Part shown: piece by piece, positions 42,501 to 54,000 of the stretch | Position numbering within the stretch: position 1 is the stretch's first letter | Layout of the letters: every line of letters starts with the position of its first letter | Translations under genes and position numbers: made by a program | The notes under the pieces: generated by a model | What the model was told of the DNA's origin: nothing | The model's database searches: none | Seen by the model: the letters and a program-made list of their open reading frames with translations, nothing else | Assembly (NCBI RefSeq): GCF_964355755.1 | Contig: NC_092680.1 | Span: forward strand, 22,081,045 to 22,145,044 | Source: Antedon mediterranea | Lineage: Eukaryota > Animalia > Echinodermata | Reading direction: 5' to 3' | Length of the DNA: 64,000 nucleotides

Positions 42501-45317
42501 TTTCATTGTTTTATTGTGTAAATACACAAATACAACAAGAATGAGCGTTACAGCAACAACATTGGTTAGACGACGCCATGATTCACGTGTATAAACATAG
42601 GAAATGTGTCGCCCTCAATGGTTTGTTATGATTTTATACCCACTCGGATTTTAGACGTCGGTTCGCCATTTCTCTCTATTTGGTTATTTACTGCATCATT
42701 TCACACTCCTACCACAGTAAGTGCACAATTTGGTTATTTACTGCATCATTTCACACTCCTACCACAGTAAGTGCACAATTTGGTTATTTACTGCATCATT
42801 TCACACTCCTACCACAGTAAGTGCACAATTGTGTTATTTACTGCATCATTTCACACTCCTACCACAGTAAGTGCACAATTTGGTTATTTACTGCATCATT
42901 TCACACTCCTACCACAGTAAGTGCACAATTGTGTTATTTACTGCATCATTTCACACTCCTACCACAGTAAGTGCACAATTGTGTTATTTACTGCATCAGC
43001 TCACACTCCTACCACAGTAAGTGCACAATTTGGTTATTTACTGCATCATTTCACACTCCTACCACAGTAAGTGCACAATTTGGTTATTTACTGCATCATT
43101 TCACACTCCTACCACAGTAAGTGCACAATTTGGTTATTTACTGCATCATTTCACACTCCTACCACAGTAAGTGCACAATTTGGTTATTTACTGCATCATT
43201 TCACACTCCTACCACAGTAAGTGCACAATTTGGTTATTTACTGCATCAGCTCACACTCCTACCACAGTAAGTGCACAATTTGGTTATTTACTGCATCATT
43301 TCACACTCCTACCACAGTAAGTGCACAATTTGGTTATTTACTGCATCATTTCACACTCCTACCACAGTAAGTGCACAATTTGGTTATTTACTGCATCATT
43401 TCACACTCCTACCACAGTAAGTGCACAATTTGGTTATTTACTGCATCATTTCACACTCCTACCACAGTAAGTGCACAATTGTGTTATTTACTGCATCATT
43501 TCACACTCCTACCACAGTAAGTGCACAATTTGGTTATTTACTGCATCATTTCACACTCCTACCACAGTAAGTGCACAATTTGGTTATTTACTGCATCATT
43601 TCACACTCCTACCACAGTAAGTGCACAATTTGGTTATTTACTGCATCATTTCACACTCCTACCACAGTAAGTGCACAATTTGGTTATTTACTGCATCATT
43701 TCACACTCCTACCACAGTAAGTGCACAATTGTGTTATTTACTGCATCATTTCACACTCCTACCACAGTAAGTGCACAATTGTGTTATTTACTGCATCATT
43801 TCACACTCCTACCACAGTAAGTGCACAATTTGGTTATTTACTGCATCATTTCACACTCCTACCACAGTAAGTGCACAATTTGGTTATTTACTGCATCATT
43901 TCACACTCCTACCACAGTAAGTGCACAATTTGGTTATTTACTGCATCAGCTCACACTCCTACCACAGTAAGTGCACAATTTGGTTATTTACTGCATCATT
44001 TCACACTCCTACCACAGTAAGTGCACAATTGTGTTATTTACTGCATCATTTCACACTCCTACCACAGTAAGTGCACAATTTGGTTATTTACTGCATCAGC
44101 TCACACTCCTACCACAGTAAGTGCACAATTGTGTTATTTACTGCATCATTTCACACTCCTACCACAGTAAGTGCACAATTTGGTTATTTACTGCATCAGC
44201 TCACACTCCTACCACAGTAAGTGCACAATTTGGTTATTTACTGCATCATTTCACACTCCTACCACAGTAAGTGCACAATTTGGTTATTTACTGCATCATT
44301 TCACACTCCTACCACAGTAAGTGCACAATTGTGTTATTTACTGCATCATTTCACACTCCTACCACAGTAAGTGCACAATTGTGTTATTTACTGCATCATT
44401 TCACACTCCTACCACAGTAAGTGCACAATTTGGTTATTTACTGCATCATTTCACACTCCTACCACAGTAAGTGCACAATTTGGTTATTTACTGCATCATT
44501 TCACACTCCTACCACAGTAAGTGCACAATTTGGTTATTTACTGCATCATTTCACACTCCTACCACAGTAAGTGCACAATTGTGTTATTTACTGCATCATT
44601 TCACACTCCTACCACAGTAAGTACTTTATTTTATTATTACTGCATAATTTCTGTTTAATTTATGACTAAGCTCTGTATATGTAGCTATTGTAATATTTTG
44701 CCATGATTTCTTTCTGTAATTTTAAGATTTCTGAAGAATGAAGTCCGACCACTTGTGAAAACTGAAGAACAACTGCTCTTTGTTTTCCATCTTGTTGGTC
44801 CATTTCTCCAACGATTTCATGAGGAAAGAACACGCTGTCTACTTAATGTAAGTTATTCCCCTGTATGTGTTTGTTTTCCATCTTGTTGGTCCATTTCTCC
44901 AACGATTTCATAAGGAAATAATGATGACCAAAATTTGTAATGTGTTACATATTCTGTTTGTAGATTACCAGTGAGTTTTATGACATGTTGGCAGCTGTCG
45001 ACAAGAACTGTGCAACTCATCATCTACAACACAAAGACTCAATCTGTGACTTTCTGTATCCTTTATACCGCCCTCTATTATTTACATTTATTTTCATTAC
45101 TGTAAGATAAATATACACGTGACAGTAACAATAAAGTGTGATTTATCTTTAAAATCCTTAATTTGAGAATAGATACCACATAAAGTATATGTTTACTGGT
45201 GATGTAGTAAAGAGTAAGGCAGAGTCTGTCATAAAAGAATTAAGGCAACCTTTACAACAGAGGTTACGTTTTATTAGTAAAGGAGCTGAACTACATGTAC
45301 AGTCACAATCAAGTTAA
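24510..45317 (+). CDS. MED23: Mediator of RNA polymerase II transcription subunit 23 (multi-exon, complete)
   Basis: Exons match MED23: MMEDTLQSIL (24510), VEEAF, VDYKGCRDL, WKLEQSTLRFPLKGMLPYDK, LLDSLTVHAKM, HAWGILHTMLEMFSYR, ESEELNRALVL, HEGNEAQVCFFIIQLLLLKP, LPTYFVNVCLRF, DWRFNEFPN, HAVWLHSSIGQL, CDFLYHIKYMFTGD. Stop TAA at 45315-45317. Confidence 0.97.
24916..27210. mobile_element. Non-autonomous hAT-like TIR element with nested inserts
   Basis: Left end CAGGCCCGTAGCCAGG, right end CCTGGCTACGGCCCTG (15/16 inverted match), GTAAT on both flanks. A second CAGGGGCGG-type end starts near 25565. Confidence 0.75.
27871..29915 (+). repeat. 75/69-bp tandem array copying the MED23 exon-4 3' end plus its GTGAGT donor (about 14 copies, split by a MITE)
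   Basis: Unit AGAGTTAGGTTGTTGTGTGATATGCTTG(CACTTG)CAGTTGAAAAGAAAGTTATTCCTGCAAA|GTGAGTTGTTAAC. The first copy is the real exon end, donor at 27935. Confidence 0.92.
28400..29432. mobile_element. Second copy of the same MITE family, left TIR lost, inserted in the exon-4 tandem array
   Basis: ATGGTTCGGGCGAACCCCCC and following sequence match 24942 onward. Ends GACAGATCCTGGCTACGGCCCTG as at 27210. Confidence 0.8.
30459..30660. repeat. 68-bp intronic tandem repeat, 3 copies
   Basis: ATAACTTGACCATTTTATCTGTTAATGGCCTCTCATTACCATGATACTTCTG... repeated three times. Confidence 0.9.
31424..32104 (+). repeat. 57-bp tandem array, 12 copies, of a MED23 exon end plus donor
   Basis: Unit ACAATCAACTTTAAGATTTCCACTGAAAGGAATGCTTCCTTATGACAAA|GTAAGTTT = QSTLRFPLKGMLPYDK-VSL, open in the MED23 frame. 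Confidence 0.93.
33090..33180. repeat. 23-bp tandem repeat, 4 copies
   Basis: ATATATCCATTTGCAGATTATTA repeated just upstream of an acceptor. Confidence 0.85.
34824..34972 (-). mobile_element. Penelope-like element remnant with inverted ends and a degenerate minimal hammerhead
   Basis: 23-bp perfect inverted repeat (34824-46 / 34950-72). Minus strand reads TTGC-GTGACCA-AGGCTA..TAGCC-GAAACGTA-GCAA. Confidence 0.5.
35902..36025 (+). mobile_element. Penelope-like pLTR remnant with minimal type I hammerhead (core-mutated)
   Basis: CTC-CTGCGGA-CGATCAA..TTGATT-GAAACGTC-GAG: stem I CTC/GAG, core CUGANGA changed to CUGCGGA. Confidence 0.55.
36567..36922 (+). other. GC-AG intron of MED23 containing duplicated acceptors
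   Basis: Exon ends LDRLILSL at 36566, followed by GCAAGT. The next full exon ALGNHEGNEAQ starts at 36923. Confidence 0.75.
36612..36985 (+). repeat. 109-bp tandem duplication of a MED23 acceptor plus exon start
   Basis: TTAG|GCTTTGGGAAAC occurs with the AG ending at 36661, 36704, 36813 and 36922. Confidence 0.9.
37604..37914. mobile_element. Palindromic (fold-back) MITE-like element
   Basis: Inverted arms of about 75 bp (37604-37677 / 37690-37765) around a short loop centred on GGCAAAGCC. Confidence 0.65.
38417..38564 (+). other. U12-type AT-AC intron of MED23
   Basis: 5' splice site ATATCCTTT at 38417, branch point TTCTTTAAC near 38546-38554, 3' AC at 38563-64. Splicing gives in-frame RLVD-T-ISGDIPE. 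Confidence 0.92.
39355..40692. mobile_element. Non-autonomous TIR element with TA flanks and an internal ~263-bp direct duplication
   Basis: TA-AGGCCTGTTTCTACTGA ... TCAGCAGAAACAGGCCC-TA. Segment 39606-39840 is repeated at 39869-40102. Confidence 0.7.
41053..44622 (+). repeat. 50-bp tandem array (about 55 copies) of a MED23 exon end plus GTAAGT donor, split by a MITE
   Basis: Unit TCACACTCCTACCACA|GTAAGTGCACAATT(TG/GT)GTTATTTACTGCATCATT. The real donor is at 41069. Confidence 0.95.
41832..42677. mobile_element. 846-bp MITE with 19-bp perfect TIR and AT duplication (ISL2EU/Spy-like)
   Basis: AGAGAGAAATGGCGAACCG ... CGGTTCGCCATTTCTCTCT. The empty site is known from neighbouring units (CACAATTTGG). 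Confidence 0.88.
45056..45172 (+). other. U12-type GT-AG intron of MED23
   Basis: 5' splice site GTATCCTTT at 45056, branch point TCCTTAAT at 45155, AG at 45171-72 with no pyrimidine tract. Joins CDFL|YHIKYM. Confidence 0.9.
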
Positions 45318-45376
45318 AATATAACAGAGTGGGTGTATTTTGTTTTGTATTTCATTCTTTCACATCCAACAGTGTA

Positions 45377-45629
45377 ATAATAATAATAACTTTATTGTTT
45401 CTCTTTTATAACAGAGGTACAATTCTCAATAGATGTGCAAAAAAAAAAAAAAAAAAATATGGACTTATCTTACTACACAATCAAATACAAACATTATAAA
45501 TTATTACATTAAAAAGTATATACACATTAGGTTATAAAAATACATTAAATATATTTGTCAAAGATGTTAATACATAGTTAATATTGTTTATACATTGGAT
45601 TTGATATTCTTTATGAATTTCTAGGTCGT
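45377..45629 (-). mobile_element. Probable 5'-truncated retroelement 3' end downstream of the MED23 stop
   Basis: Minus strand ends AATAAAG(TTA)n. Flanked by a 14-bp direct repeat CATCCAACAGTGTA (45363-76, 45630-43). Confidence 0.5.
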
Positions 45630-46954
45630 CATCCAACAGTGTATATACCAATTGACATCCAACAGTGTATACACCAATTGACATCCAACAGTGTATACAC
45701 CAATTGACATCCAACAGTGTATACACCAATTGACATCCAACAGTGTATACACCAATTGACATCCAACAGTGTATACACCAATTGACATCCAACAGTGTAT
45801 ACACCAATTGACATCCAACAGTGTATACACCAATTGACATCCAACAGTGTATACACCAATTGGCATCCAACAGTGTATACACCAATTGACATCCAGCAGT
45901 GTATACACCAATTGACATCCAACAGTGTATACACCAATTGGCATCCAACAGTGTATACACCAATTGACATCCAACAGTGTATACACCAATTGACATCCAA
46001 CAGTGTATACACCAATTGACATCCAACAGTGTATACACCAATTGACATCCAACAGTGTATACACCAATTGACATCCAACAGTGTATACACCAATTGACAT
46101 CCAACAGTGTATACACCAATTGACATCCAACAGTGTATACACCAATTGACATCCAACAGTGTATACACCAATTGACATCCAACAGTGTATACACCAATTG
46201 ACATCCAGCAGTGTATAAATACACCAATTGACATCCAGCAGTGTATACACCAATTGACATCCAACAGTGTATACACCAATTGACATCCAACAGTGTATAC
46301 ACCAATTGACATCCAACAGTGTATACACCAATTGACATCCAACAGTGTATACACCAATTGACATCCAACAGTGTATACACCAATTGACATCCAACAGTGT
46401 ATACACCAATTGACATCCAGCAGTGTATACACCAATTGACATCCAGCAGTGTATACACCAATTGACATCCAGCAGTGTATACACCAATTGGCATCCAGCA
46501 GTGTATACACCAATTGGCATCCAACAGTGTATACACCAATTGGCATCCAACAGTGTATACACCAATTGACATCCAACAGTGTATACACCAATTGACATCC
46601 AACAGTGTATACACCAATTGACATCCAACAGTGTATACACCAATTGACATCCAACAGTGTATACACCAATTGACATCCAACAGTGTATACACCAATTGAC
46701 ATCCAACAGTGTATACACCAATTGACATCCAGCAGTGTATACACCAATTGACATCCAGCAGTGTATACACCAATTGACATCCAGCAGTGTATACACCAAT
46801 TGACATCCAGCAGTGTATACACCAATTGACATCCAACAGTGTATACACCAATTGACATCCAACAGTGTATACACCAATTGACATCCAACAGTGTATACAC
46901 CAATTGACATCCAACAGTGTATACACCAATTGACATCCAACAGTGTATACACCA
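45630..46954. repeat. 26-bp minisatellite, about 51 copies
   Basis: Unit TGACATCCAACAGTGTATACACCAAT; explains the three overlapping minus-strand ORFs. Confidence 0.95.
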
Positions 46955-47800
46955 AATACAAATATAAAAACACACATATATAAAAAAAACAAAATAAAAG
47001 CCTAATAGTTAATGTAATATATAGATTGGCGACAGGGTTGGTATTGATAAACTGGTCACTAGTTGGAATGGCAGTGAATCCGTGGAAAGTATAATGATTT
47101 AGACATGATTGTCACCATAAGTCAGTCACAGATGTAGACGTCGTTCATAGAAATCCATCTGAATATGCATCTTTGCTGTTTTTATTGATTAACTTAGTAT
47201 TCAATTGTCAACAAAATACATGTATTGATTTTGATAATTAGTATAAAGTAATTTAGAACACTGATGATTCCCAAGTTGACCTTTGACCGAGGAGTTTCAA
47301 TGTCGTGGAACGCCTCTTTCTTATTGATGAATCAATGTATTGATAATATCAATTCCTAGTCTAACAATATATAATAATACTCTTTGGCTCTTGATAGCTT
47401 TGTAATAGTAGACACGTATCCCAATCAATATGGCTATTATTATTTGTGTAAATCAAGAATTGCGGATGATAAGATTGTAAAGGTTTCATTTTCCCCATGG
47501 TTCCACCTTGGTCTATCTGTCTGCGAATCAAAAAGCTGTAGCTGAATCTTTATGAATTACTTAAACAGGTTTGTTTTGCCCTATGACACAACAAAGTTGG
47601 TTTTGTCTGAATCTTTATGTTTACTGTGTAAAAATAGTTAAATCTAGTCAAGTATGGCCAAGGCTAATTTGAAAACGTTAAAAAGGTAATAAAGTAATAA
47701 ATCCTGAATTATTGTTAATCGTGAGTTATTCATTATTATTTAAAGACAACACGCTAATTTATTTCAATAAACTCAATCACAACAATACACAATATAGTGG

Positions 47801-49103
47801 TGAAACAGTGGTTTCTAGTTAGGCTGTATTTGTTAGTTTTAATGAAACAGTGGTTTCTAGTTAGGCTGTATTTGTTAGTTTTAATGAAACAGTGGTTTCT
47901 AGTTAGGCTGTATTTGTTAGTTTTAATGAAACAGTGGTTTCTAGTTAGGCTGTATTTGTTAGTTTTAATGAAACAGTGGTTTCTAGTTAGGCTGTATTTG
48001 TTAGTTTTAATGAAACAGTGGTTTCTAGTTAGGCTGTATTTGTTAGTTTTAATGAAACAGTGGTTTCTAGTTAGGCTGTATTTGTTAGTTTTAATGAAAC
48101 AGTGGTTTCTAGTTAGGCTGTATTTGTTAGTTTTAATGAAACAGTGGTTTCTAGTTAGGCTGTATTTGTTAGTTTTAATGAAACAGTGGTTTCTAGTTAG
48201 GCTGTATTTGTTAGTTTTAATGAAACAGTGGTTTCTAGTTAGGCTGTATTTGTTAGTTTTAATGAAACAGTGGTTTCTAGTTAGGCTGTATTTGTTAGTT
48301 TTAATGAAACAGTGGTTTCTAGTTAGGCTGTATTTGTTAGTTTTAATGAAACAGTGGTTTCTAGTTAGGCTGTATTTGTTAGTTTTAATGAAACAGTGGT
48401 TTCTAGTTAGGCTGTATTTGTTAGTTTTAATGAAACAGTGGTTTCTAGTTAGGCTGTATTTGTTAGTTTTAATGAAACAGTGGTTTCTAGTTAGGCTGTA
48501 TTTGTTAGTTTTAATGAAACAGTGGTTTATAGTTAGGCTGTATTTGTTAGTTTTAATGAAACAGTGGTTTCTAGTTAGGCTGTATTTGTTAGTTTTAATG
48601 AAACAGTGGTTTCTAGTTAGGCTGTATTTGTTAGTTTTAATGAAACAGTGGTTTCTAGTTAGGCTGTATTTGTTAGTTTTAATGAAACAGTGGTTTCTAG
48701 TTAGGCTGTATTTGTTAGTTTTAATGAAACAGTGGTTTCTAGTTAGGCTGTATTTGTTAGTTTTAATGAAACAGTGGTTTCTAGTTAGGCTGTATTTGTT
48801 AGTTTTAATGAAACAGTGGTTTCTAGTTAGGCTGTATTTGTTAGTTTTAATGAAACAGTGGTTTCTAGTTAGGCTGTATTTGTTAGTTTTAATGAAACAG
48901 TGGTTTCTAGTTAGGCTGTATTTGTTAGTTTTAATGAAACAGTGGTTTCTAGTTAGGCTGTATTTGTTAGTTTTAATGAAACAGTGGTTTCTAGTTAGGC
49001 TGTATTTGTTAGTTTTAATGAAACAGTGGTTTCTAGTTAGGCTGTATTTGTTAGTTTTAATGAAACAGTGGTTTCTTGTTAGGCTGTATTTGTTAGTTTT
49101 AAT
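47801..49103. repeat. 42-bp minisatellite, about 31 near-identical copies
   Basis: Unit GAAACAGTGGTTTCTAGTTAGGCTGTATTTGTTAGTTTTAAT. Confidence 0.95.
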
Positions 49104-51039
49104 CTTTAACGAGGCATACATAATTAGCTTTTAAATAATTCGTTACTTGAAATATAGTTGTAAAAATATGCTGGTCGAAAAAAGTTATGCTTAGAATGTT
49201 TTGGCGAATTTAAAAACTAAATATTGTTTTTAAAGTTTAATCTGAGTTTTGTACTTAATTTACAGGCATAATAGGAAATAAAAAGAACTAATTACTAATT
49301 TACACAATTTTGAAATATTCCTGAATAAATAAATTAAAGTTTAGATAAGTGTAATTGATTGATTTTTAAAATATTTTCTACTTTCCATTTTTAAACCATG
49401 CATCACATTAATATCGCGTGTTATTGAATCTAACTTTATTACGTCATTTTATGTGTTGCAAAAATCGAATTTACGTGTGTTTTTAATTCTCTACTACATA
49501 GTAATACCATGGAGAAATAAGGTTAGCGACTAATCAGTTAACTCCATGGTAATACATACAGCGTTTTCTCTCTGCAACCAAGACGCATGTTTTGCTACCA
49601 TTCTATTATGCATCACTTTCCTTTTTCTATTAAAATATCAGCAAACGACCTAAAACGTTTTCAATCAATTTAGATAATAGAGAATTCTTAATATTTACTG
49701 TAGGTGGTTATATAATTCCACAAGCCCGTTGCTTTAAGCTATTCTACAAGACATAATGATAAGTATAACGCTTATAATATAAGCAATCAATATCATTCTA
49801 CACGCTCACTGCTGTTAGCTATAAGTTCACACAATTTTCGATTTATTCAATTCAAAATCAAATTGCAACAAGTGGTCAAGTACACAACATTACTGATTGT
49901 TGTAGTGGTGGTCCAGTGGTTAAATTGCCCTTTAAACAAAACGTTAGTTTGACATAAGTAGGCATAGAAGAAGTTGAATCAAGTGGTCAAACGTTAGTTT
50001 GACATAAGTAGCCTAGGCCTGTTAAGTAAAAGTCAAACCATTAGTTATGAATCATTTCATTTCAAGAATTTTAATAATAGCAAAAATAACAATACGTATG
50101 ATTAAGTCATTTTTAAGGACTATTATTGGGTTATCCTGTATTAGAAAACAATGTTTCTTGTCGCATGCAGGATTGATCTTGATCAATGTTTCTTGTCGCA
50201 TGCAGCTAAAAAGAACAACTACAAAGCAACATAAAACATTTCAGGAACAATGGCTTACAACATGAAGTATAAGTGTTATTAGAGTAATTTGAGTTAATTA
50301 ATACCAATAAGCGAGTTGAAAAAAAACCACATTAATTAAAATTCGTAATTCAGTTAATATTTCATTTGAACGGAACAAATATCGGTAGTTATGTTTCTAT
50401 GGCGTGTACCAATTGAAATATTGTTAAGTGAATTTGAATAAATGTGAAGGTTCAACCGATCGTTAATTATTTGTCTTAACTAAATGGATTATAATTGATA
50501 TGACGATGAAGCGTTATTGAGCTAAATTACAAGACAAAAACAAGAAAATGTTTTTAGGATTATCCAATTGTTGCTAGCCAACTAATATTGATTTCATAAC
50601 ACAGACTAGTCAAAGCAAATACCTTAATTTGCATATAGTGTCTATTCAAGTGTATCGTAGCAATGCATAGACATTTTGCATAATTTCTACGTTGAAGTTG
50701 AAACATGTTCCTTTTTAGACTACGTATCTCTTGATACCTCGCACAACGTCAACTTAATCGACTTTCGGTTTGTAAGGAGTTAGTTATTTTTGCCGTAAAC
50801 CAAAATGTATTGTACACTTAATTCACAGCGTTACAATGTTCAGATAACGTTTAGGAATGGCAGCTATGATAATCATACAAAATAACTTTTCTGAAAAAGC
50901 GTTTTACAATCTGATGCTTCCAGTTTATCAAAGGATTGACTTATAGATACTGGATGCTTCCAGTTTTTAATAATTGACGTGTTGATACTGTTATTAATGC
51001 AGAAGTTTGTATACATTTAAAATAATATATTCTTTAGAA

Positions 51040-54000
51040 ATGGCGGAACAAGATGAAACTGAAGTGAAACAAAGCAGTCAGTTATGGGCACAAGCGGTAC
51101 GAAAAGCCTTAGAAAGTGTACCACAAGAACAAACTACTGCATCACCATTAACATCACTTATTAATGAAGCCGTAGAAAACAAAGGTGATATACAAAAATG
51201 GGACAAAAAAAGAAAAGAAATTGAAGATTGGAAAGACAAAAGACTTAATGCGTCTGCAAAGGTATGGCTCGAGCTTATTTAATTTTAAAGTTTACATTTG
51301 GTTAAATTTTGTGTTTTATGACAGCATGCCTACCTATTGTAAGCAACCACACATTTTAACATTAATTGTTTTTGTTATTTCAATATCATTACCCTGTTTG
51401 TAGTAAAAACATTCTTTCTTCAGATGCGATACTAGTTAAGCTAATCTTAATATCATTGCGTAGGCAATTGTCTGCAATACTTCTGGAATTCACAAGTAAA
51501 CAGTATAATTTAGTTACAATTGTTTGTTGCTTCAATAATGGTGAATATGAGAAAAAATTGACAAAAATAGTCTTGAATTTCGTCATTTAACTAGCTTTTA
51601 ATGGCGGACCTCGATTTGTATACCGTACTGGTTCAAAATGGTCTCCTCCAATTCTTGTTGGATATTTCGACATTTACCTTATTGCAAAAATTGACTGATT
51701 GAAAGTCGTCAATGTTCAAATTGATCAAAACGTTTTTTTACGAATGAGTTGCGATAACCTCAGGTTTACGTCATGCTTTGTGGAAGTACAACTAATAAGT
51801 AATAATAAATTGCCATTAATGTGTTGCCATGGTAATATAGTAAACTAAAACTAACCTATATAGCTATGTTGAACAATTTACTTAATAATAAATAAGATGA
51901 TTCTATCCATTGTTGTAATTATTATGAGACATGATAGTTATTGAGCTAATTTTTTTCTAATCATGTCATTACAGATATTAAGTAGAGTGAAAGCGTGTCT
52001 CAGCAGTTGACTATTATTATTCCTATCATGGGGAGAAATAAGTTAGGAACATTTTCCTATACTGCGGTATTTCAACTTTTAATAACAGTTATATAAACAA
52101 ACATTCTCAAAGTCATCGTTTAATTTGGTTTTCACTTTTTATTATCATCAGATACTCTGTTTATGCATTCCACGTGTTTAGAGTGAATGGTCACTCTCTT
52201 GAGGAGTGTCCGTAAGGACCACCGTTAAAAATCATCATTGTTTTTCAATTATCACAGAATGAACTTCAAGCGATTAAATCATTTCAGAGAATGTTAACCA
52301 AACTTAAGGAAAAATATTTTTTTTTAGAGTGTGTTCATTATTATATAATTGATTTATTTGAAACACTCGCCTTTCCCTGAAAGGAATATTTCAATACTGA
52401 CTTTTCTTCGGAAACGACATTTAGTGCGTTTGCTATTTAACTCTTTACTAACAATGTAAACGACAATTCTTTGTTGAGAATCAAAAGGGTTTTAGGAATG
52501 AAAAAAAATAAAATGTCCACTTCACATCCGTTTCATCACCATCGTCACCATCAATCGATCGATCATTCATCAGTTTTAATCTTTCCTAGTAGTAATAGTA
52601 AAAACGTATGCTAGTACTTTACCCCTTACGTTTCATCATCACCATCGATCGATCGATCATACCAGTTTTAATCTGTCCTAGTAGTAATGGTAAAAACGTA
52701 TGCTAGTACTTTACCCCTTACGTTTCATCATCACCATCAATCGATCGATCATATCAGTTTTAATCTTTCCTAGTAGTAATGGTAAAAACGTATGATAGTA
52801 CTTTACCCCTTACGTTTCATCATCACCATCAGTCGATCATATCAGTTTTAATCTTTTCTAGTAGGAATGGTAAAAACGTATGCTAGCACTTTACCCCTTA
52901 CGTTTCATCATCATCACCATCAATCGATCGATCATATCAGTTTTAATCTTTTCTAGTAGTAATGGTAAAAACGTATGCTAGTACTTTACCCCTTACGTTT
53001 CATCATCACCATCAATCGATCGATCATACCAGTTTTAATCTGTCCTAGTAGTAATGGTAAAAACGTATGCTAGTACTTTACCCCTTACGTTTCATCATCA
53101 CCATCAATCGATCGATCATACCAGTTTTAATCTGTCCTAGTAGTAATGGTAAAAACGTATGCTAGTACTTTACCTCTTACGTTTCATCATCACCATCAAT
53201 CGATCGATCAAACCAGTTTTAATCTGTCCTAGTAGTAATGGTAAAAACGTATGCTAGTACTTTACCCCTTACGTTTCATCATCACCATCAATCGATCGAT
53301 CATATCAGTTTTAATTTTTTCTAGTAGTAATGGTAAAAACGTATGCTAGTACTTTACCCCTTACGTTTCATCATCACCATCAATCGATCGATCATATCAG
53401 TTTTAATTTTTTCTAGTAGTAATGGTAAAAACGTATGCTAGACTTTACCCCTTACGTTTTATCATCACCATCAATCGATCGATCATATCAGTTTTAATCT
53501 GTCCTAGTAGCAATGGTAAAAACGTATGATAGTACTTTACCACTTACGTTTCATCATCACCATCAATCGATCGATCATACCAGTTTTAATCTGTCCTAGT
53601 AGTAATGGTAAAAACGTATGCTAGTACTTTACCCCTTACGTTTCATCATCACCATCAATCGATCGATCATACCAGTTTTAATCTGTCCTAGTAGTAATGG
53701 TAAAAACGTATGATAGTACTTTACCACTTACGTTTCATCATCACCATTAATCGATCGATCATATCAGTTTAATCTTTCCTAGTAGTAATGGTAAAAACGT
53801 ATCCTATCCTTACGTTTCGTCATCGACGTAATCGATATACACAAAATCATTCATCATTATTGAACCAACATCCAACATTTAATAAGTACTAATTATCTTG
53901 ATTATATGATAATAATTATTGACCATTACATCTGTTAATTACACAAATCCTGCTGGAAATAAATAATAAGCGGGTTTTACAAGAAATAGGTAATGAGATA

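Noticed and set aside
41053-44622. CRISPR-like array
   Set aside because: Head-to-tail units with no unique spacers, no cas genes, and located in a eukaryotic intron.
45532-49134. Long ORFs of 445-486 aa
   Set aside because: Translations of 26-bp and 42-bp minisatellites, open in several frames, with no sign of real coding.
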